NCBI GenBank assembly: GCA_051294375.1
Contig: JBJCIZ010000838.1
Location: 1 to 11,201 of the forward strand
DNA length: 11,201 bases
DNA from: Paraspadella gotoi
Taxonomy: Eukaryota > Animalia > Chaetognatha
Reading direction: 5' to 3'
The position numbers and the translations under genes are program-made. Below the pieces are notes generated by a model. It saw only the letters and a program-made list of their open reading frames with translations, did no database searches and had not been told where the DNA came from. The first letter of the stretch is position 1, and every line of letters starts with the position of its first letter. Positions 8,976 to 11,201 of this stretch are shown one piece after another.

Positions 8976-9055
8976 GTCTCTCTCTCTCTTCTTCTCTCTC
9001 TCTTCTTCTCTCTCTCTTCTCTCTCTCTTCTCTCTATCTCTGTTTTCTCTCTCTT
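8641..9055. repeat. Tandem duplication, ~204-bp period: ~100-bp unique segment plus ~105-115 bp (TC)n, two copies
   Basis: gcgagacaatcacat...ttttggctc...cttctt(a)acatgctgttctggtct(t)atgtgagac occurs at 8641-8740 and 8845-8938, each followed by a long TC tract. Confidence 0.92.
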
Positions 9056-9129
9056 CGGAAGACGGGATTTCTCCTGTCCCCCGTTCGAGACTCTCGAGGT
9101 CTGGCGTCCTCAGCTTTTTCCTCGTTTCG

Positions 9130-9480
9130 TCGTCTTCTCGTCTTCTTCGTACTTCATGCTTAGTCTTCTTCGCGTCTTCGTCTTTGTCTTCTTCGTCTTC
9201 GTCTTCGTCCTTTGTCTTCTTCGTCTTGTCTCTTCGTCTATCGTCTTTGTCTTTTCATCTTCGTCTTTGTCTTCTTTGTCTTCTTCATCTTCATTTTGTC
9301 TTTTCGACTTCGTTCTTCTTTGTCTCCTTCGTCTTCACTCGTTCTTCGTCTTTGGTCTTCTTCGTCTTTCGTCTGTGTCTCCTTCGTCTTCCGTCTTTGT
9401 CTTCTACGTCTTGTCTTCTTTAGAGTCTTTGGTCTCTTCGTCTTCGTCTTTGTCTTCTTCGTCCTCTTTGTCGTCGTTTC
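9130..9480. repeat. Degenerate hexamer simple repeat (TCTTCG/TCTTTG)n
   Basis: tcttcg tctttg tcttct tcg tcttcg tcttcg... over ~350 bp. Confidence 0.9.
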
Positions 9481-10046
9481 TGTTTGTTTTTTTTTGGTTT
9501 CTTTCTTTGGGCTATATTTTCTTGTCGGGTCTGTTTTGTGATTACGTATTGTCCCTTCGCATTGCACAATTTTATCGTGGTCCTTAACGAGTTATTGTTT
9601 TGTCGTCGTTATTATCGGTCGGTCGTCGTCGATCGTGACTGTCATCAGTTAACGATTTCGTGATTTGTTCGGGTCCGGTTCAGAATTCCGTCGACTTCCT
9701 TTTTTTCTCTTTTCGCCTACCTTTTCCTCTTCTATCCAATCCATTTTTTATTATTTTTCCGCCTTATCCACTCTACATAAATCACTTTAAAACGTATCAT
9801 CGCTAAATTTTTCTGTTCATCTTAATCATTTTACTAGTTCATATTCCAAAGTTTATTAAAACCCTTTGTCCTCTTTATCCCGTTCTTTAATACAAATGTC
9901 CCGTCTCCTTTTGTCCCCGTTCTTCCTTACCGCCTCCCGTCTTCTCTTTTCCCTTCCTCATCCCTCCGCTTCCCCCGGAAGACCGGTCGCAAAACCCGGA
10001 CCGCCGTCGCCTGCCGCACCCCCGGAGGGCCCACAATATGGAGCGA

Positions 10047-10048
<2 letters not shown>

Positions 10049-10086
<38 letters not shown>

Positions 10087-10216
10087 AGAAGAGAGAGATG
10101 AGAGAAGAGATGGAGAGAGTAGAGAGATGAGAGGCTAGAGGACGAGCAGAACTAAACGAGAAACTTGGGGTTTTTCACATCTGGATTTTAATTAGAAACG
10201 AGAGAGAGAGAGAGAG
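10049..10216. repeat. (GA)n microsatellites (10049-10135 and 10200-10216)
   Basis: GA runs read directly; the distal part of the first has gat/gt interruptions. Confidence 0.93.
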
Positions 10217-10828
10217 GGAAAGAAAAGTGGACTGTTAAGAATTAAGCGACTGTTAGAATCCTAAATTGGTTACGAAAAGAGGGAGAGGGAAAATGGTGGA
10301 GAAAAGAGAAGCTGATCGAAGGAGGAAAGTGACCAAAGCGAAGAAGAAGAAAACTGTTTGCAGTGAGTGGAGGTTTTGAATGTGAAGTGGCGATTAAAGC
10401 AGAACCGAAAGGGTGAGTGAAACGGTGATAAAAGCAGAACAGAAAGTTTACGTACCTTCAAATTGGTGATTAAATTTATATAAAATATAAAAAATATATA
10501 AAATAGATAAAATATAGAAGTTACAGGAAGAAATCATTGAGTTACATTTTTTTTATATTTAGCGTCAAGAGAGCGAAACTTTTGTGCCGTAAAATGATTG
10601 TTACTCTCGTAAGACTGATAAGTCCGACGTACTGAAGTTCAAATTTGCTTCACTGTTTACTCAAGTTTAGATTTAGATTTAATAGAACTCTTCAGCCTTC
10701 ATTCAAACATAATTTCAACTCATCACTTTCAAAATTAACAAATTAACATTCTATGAACTTGTCATTTAATGACCCAAATCACAAATATCACCCTTGACTT
10801 CATCTTCACGCGACTTCGTAATCACGTG

Positions 10829-10981
10829 AATTCAAAATCCTCATCAATCATTCACGATCGACTCATCACATTCACGGAATTTCACTCGCCGAGTCGAAGC
10901 GAATCTATTCGCATTTCAGCCTTCGAATGAATTCACTCAGTTCACCAAATTCACTCAATTCACTTTTCAATTCACCAAATT
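10829..10981. repeat. Degenerate ~9-bp repeat AATTCAC(TC/CA)
   Basis: aattcactc agttcacca aattcactc aattcacttttc aattcacca at 10931-10978, with more decayed ATTCAC copies upstream. Confidence 0.7.
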
Positions 10982-11107
10982 TAGAAGCAACGTCTGGGTA
11001 AAATAACGATATCGATGGAATTACCCTATTTTCCAAAAGCGCCTGATTTCAGTTTAAACTCTGAATTAAAATATTTTTTTAGGTTTAAATGTTACAATAA
11101 AGGTTAG

Positions 11108-11151
11108 AGATAGGGATTAGATAGGGATTAGATAGAGATTAGATAGGGATT
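11108..11151. repeat. 11-bp tandem repeat AGATAGGGATT, 4 copies
   Basis: agatagggatt agatagggatt agatagagatt agatagggatt. Confidence 0.95.
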
Positions 11152-11201
11152 GAGGCTAGAGACTCGTGTATAGGGTTACGATAACCGTTAACAGTTAACG
11201 G

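Noticed and set aside
9962-10033. tRNA gene or tRNA-derived SINE head
   Set aside because: There is no B-box/TTC loop, no T-arm pairing and no proper A-box on either strand. It is kept only as a low-interest fold.
10230-10447. Short direct repeats (gactgtta(a)gaat x2; aaagcagaac(c/a)gaaag x2) as target-site duplications
   Set aside because: They enclose only a few to ~20 bp and look like local slippage duplications, with no element between them.
39-10461. All ORFs in the six-frame track as protein-coding genes
   Set aside because: Most are translations of GA/TC, GAA, GAT/GAC, TCTTCG or minisatellite DNA (RE, SL, F-rich runs) that lacks stop codons. Many overlap in several frames, many use non-ATG starts, and none has a domain I recognise.

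Overview
No credible protein-coding gene, RNA gene, CRISPR array or autonomous mobile element is visible. The window looks like eukaryotic (probably invertebrate/arthropod-type; inference from composition only) intronic or intergenic DNA dominated by simple repeats. It has many (GA)n/(TC)n tracts, several mini-/microsatellites (8, 11, 14, ~20, ~25 and ~71 bp units), a ~204-bp tandem duplication and a 25-N assembly gap at 4406-4430. It alternates abruptly between CpG-rich, purine/pyrimidine-skewed blocks and very AT-rich blocks. The listed ORFs are mostly translations of low-complexity DNA and none is recognisable. The most notable structure is a ~500-bp imperfect inverted repeat (5741-6233 / 7604-8115) around a ~1.37-kb spacer that shows faint further symmetry. 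It is either a non-autonomous foldback/long-TIR element or a fold-back long-read assembly artefact. Differences between repeat copies throughout the window are mostly single-base indels, which suggests poorly polished long-read sequence, so fine details should be treated cautiously. I found no supportable evidence for a new multi-gene biological system.
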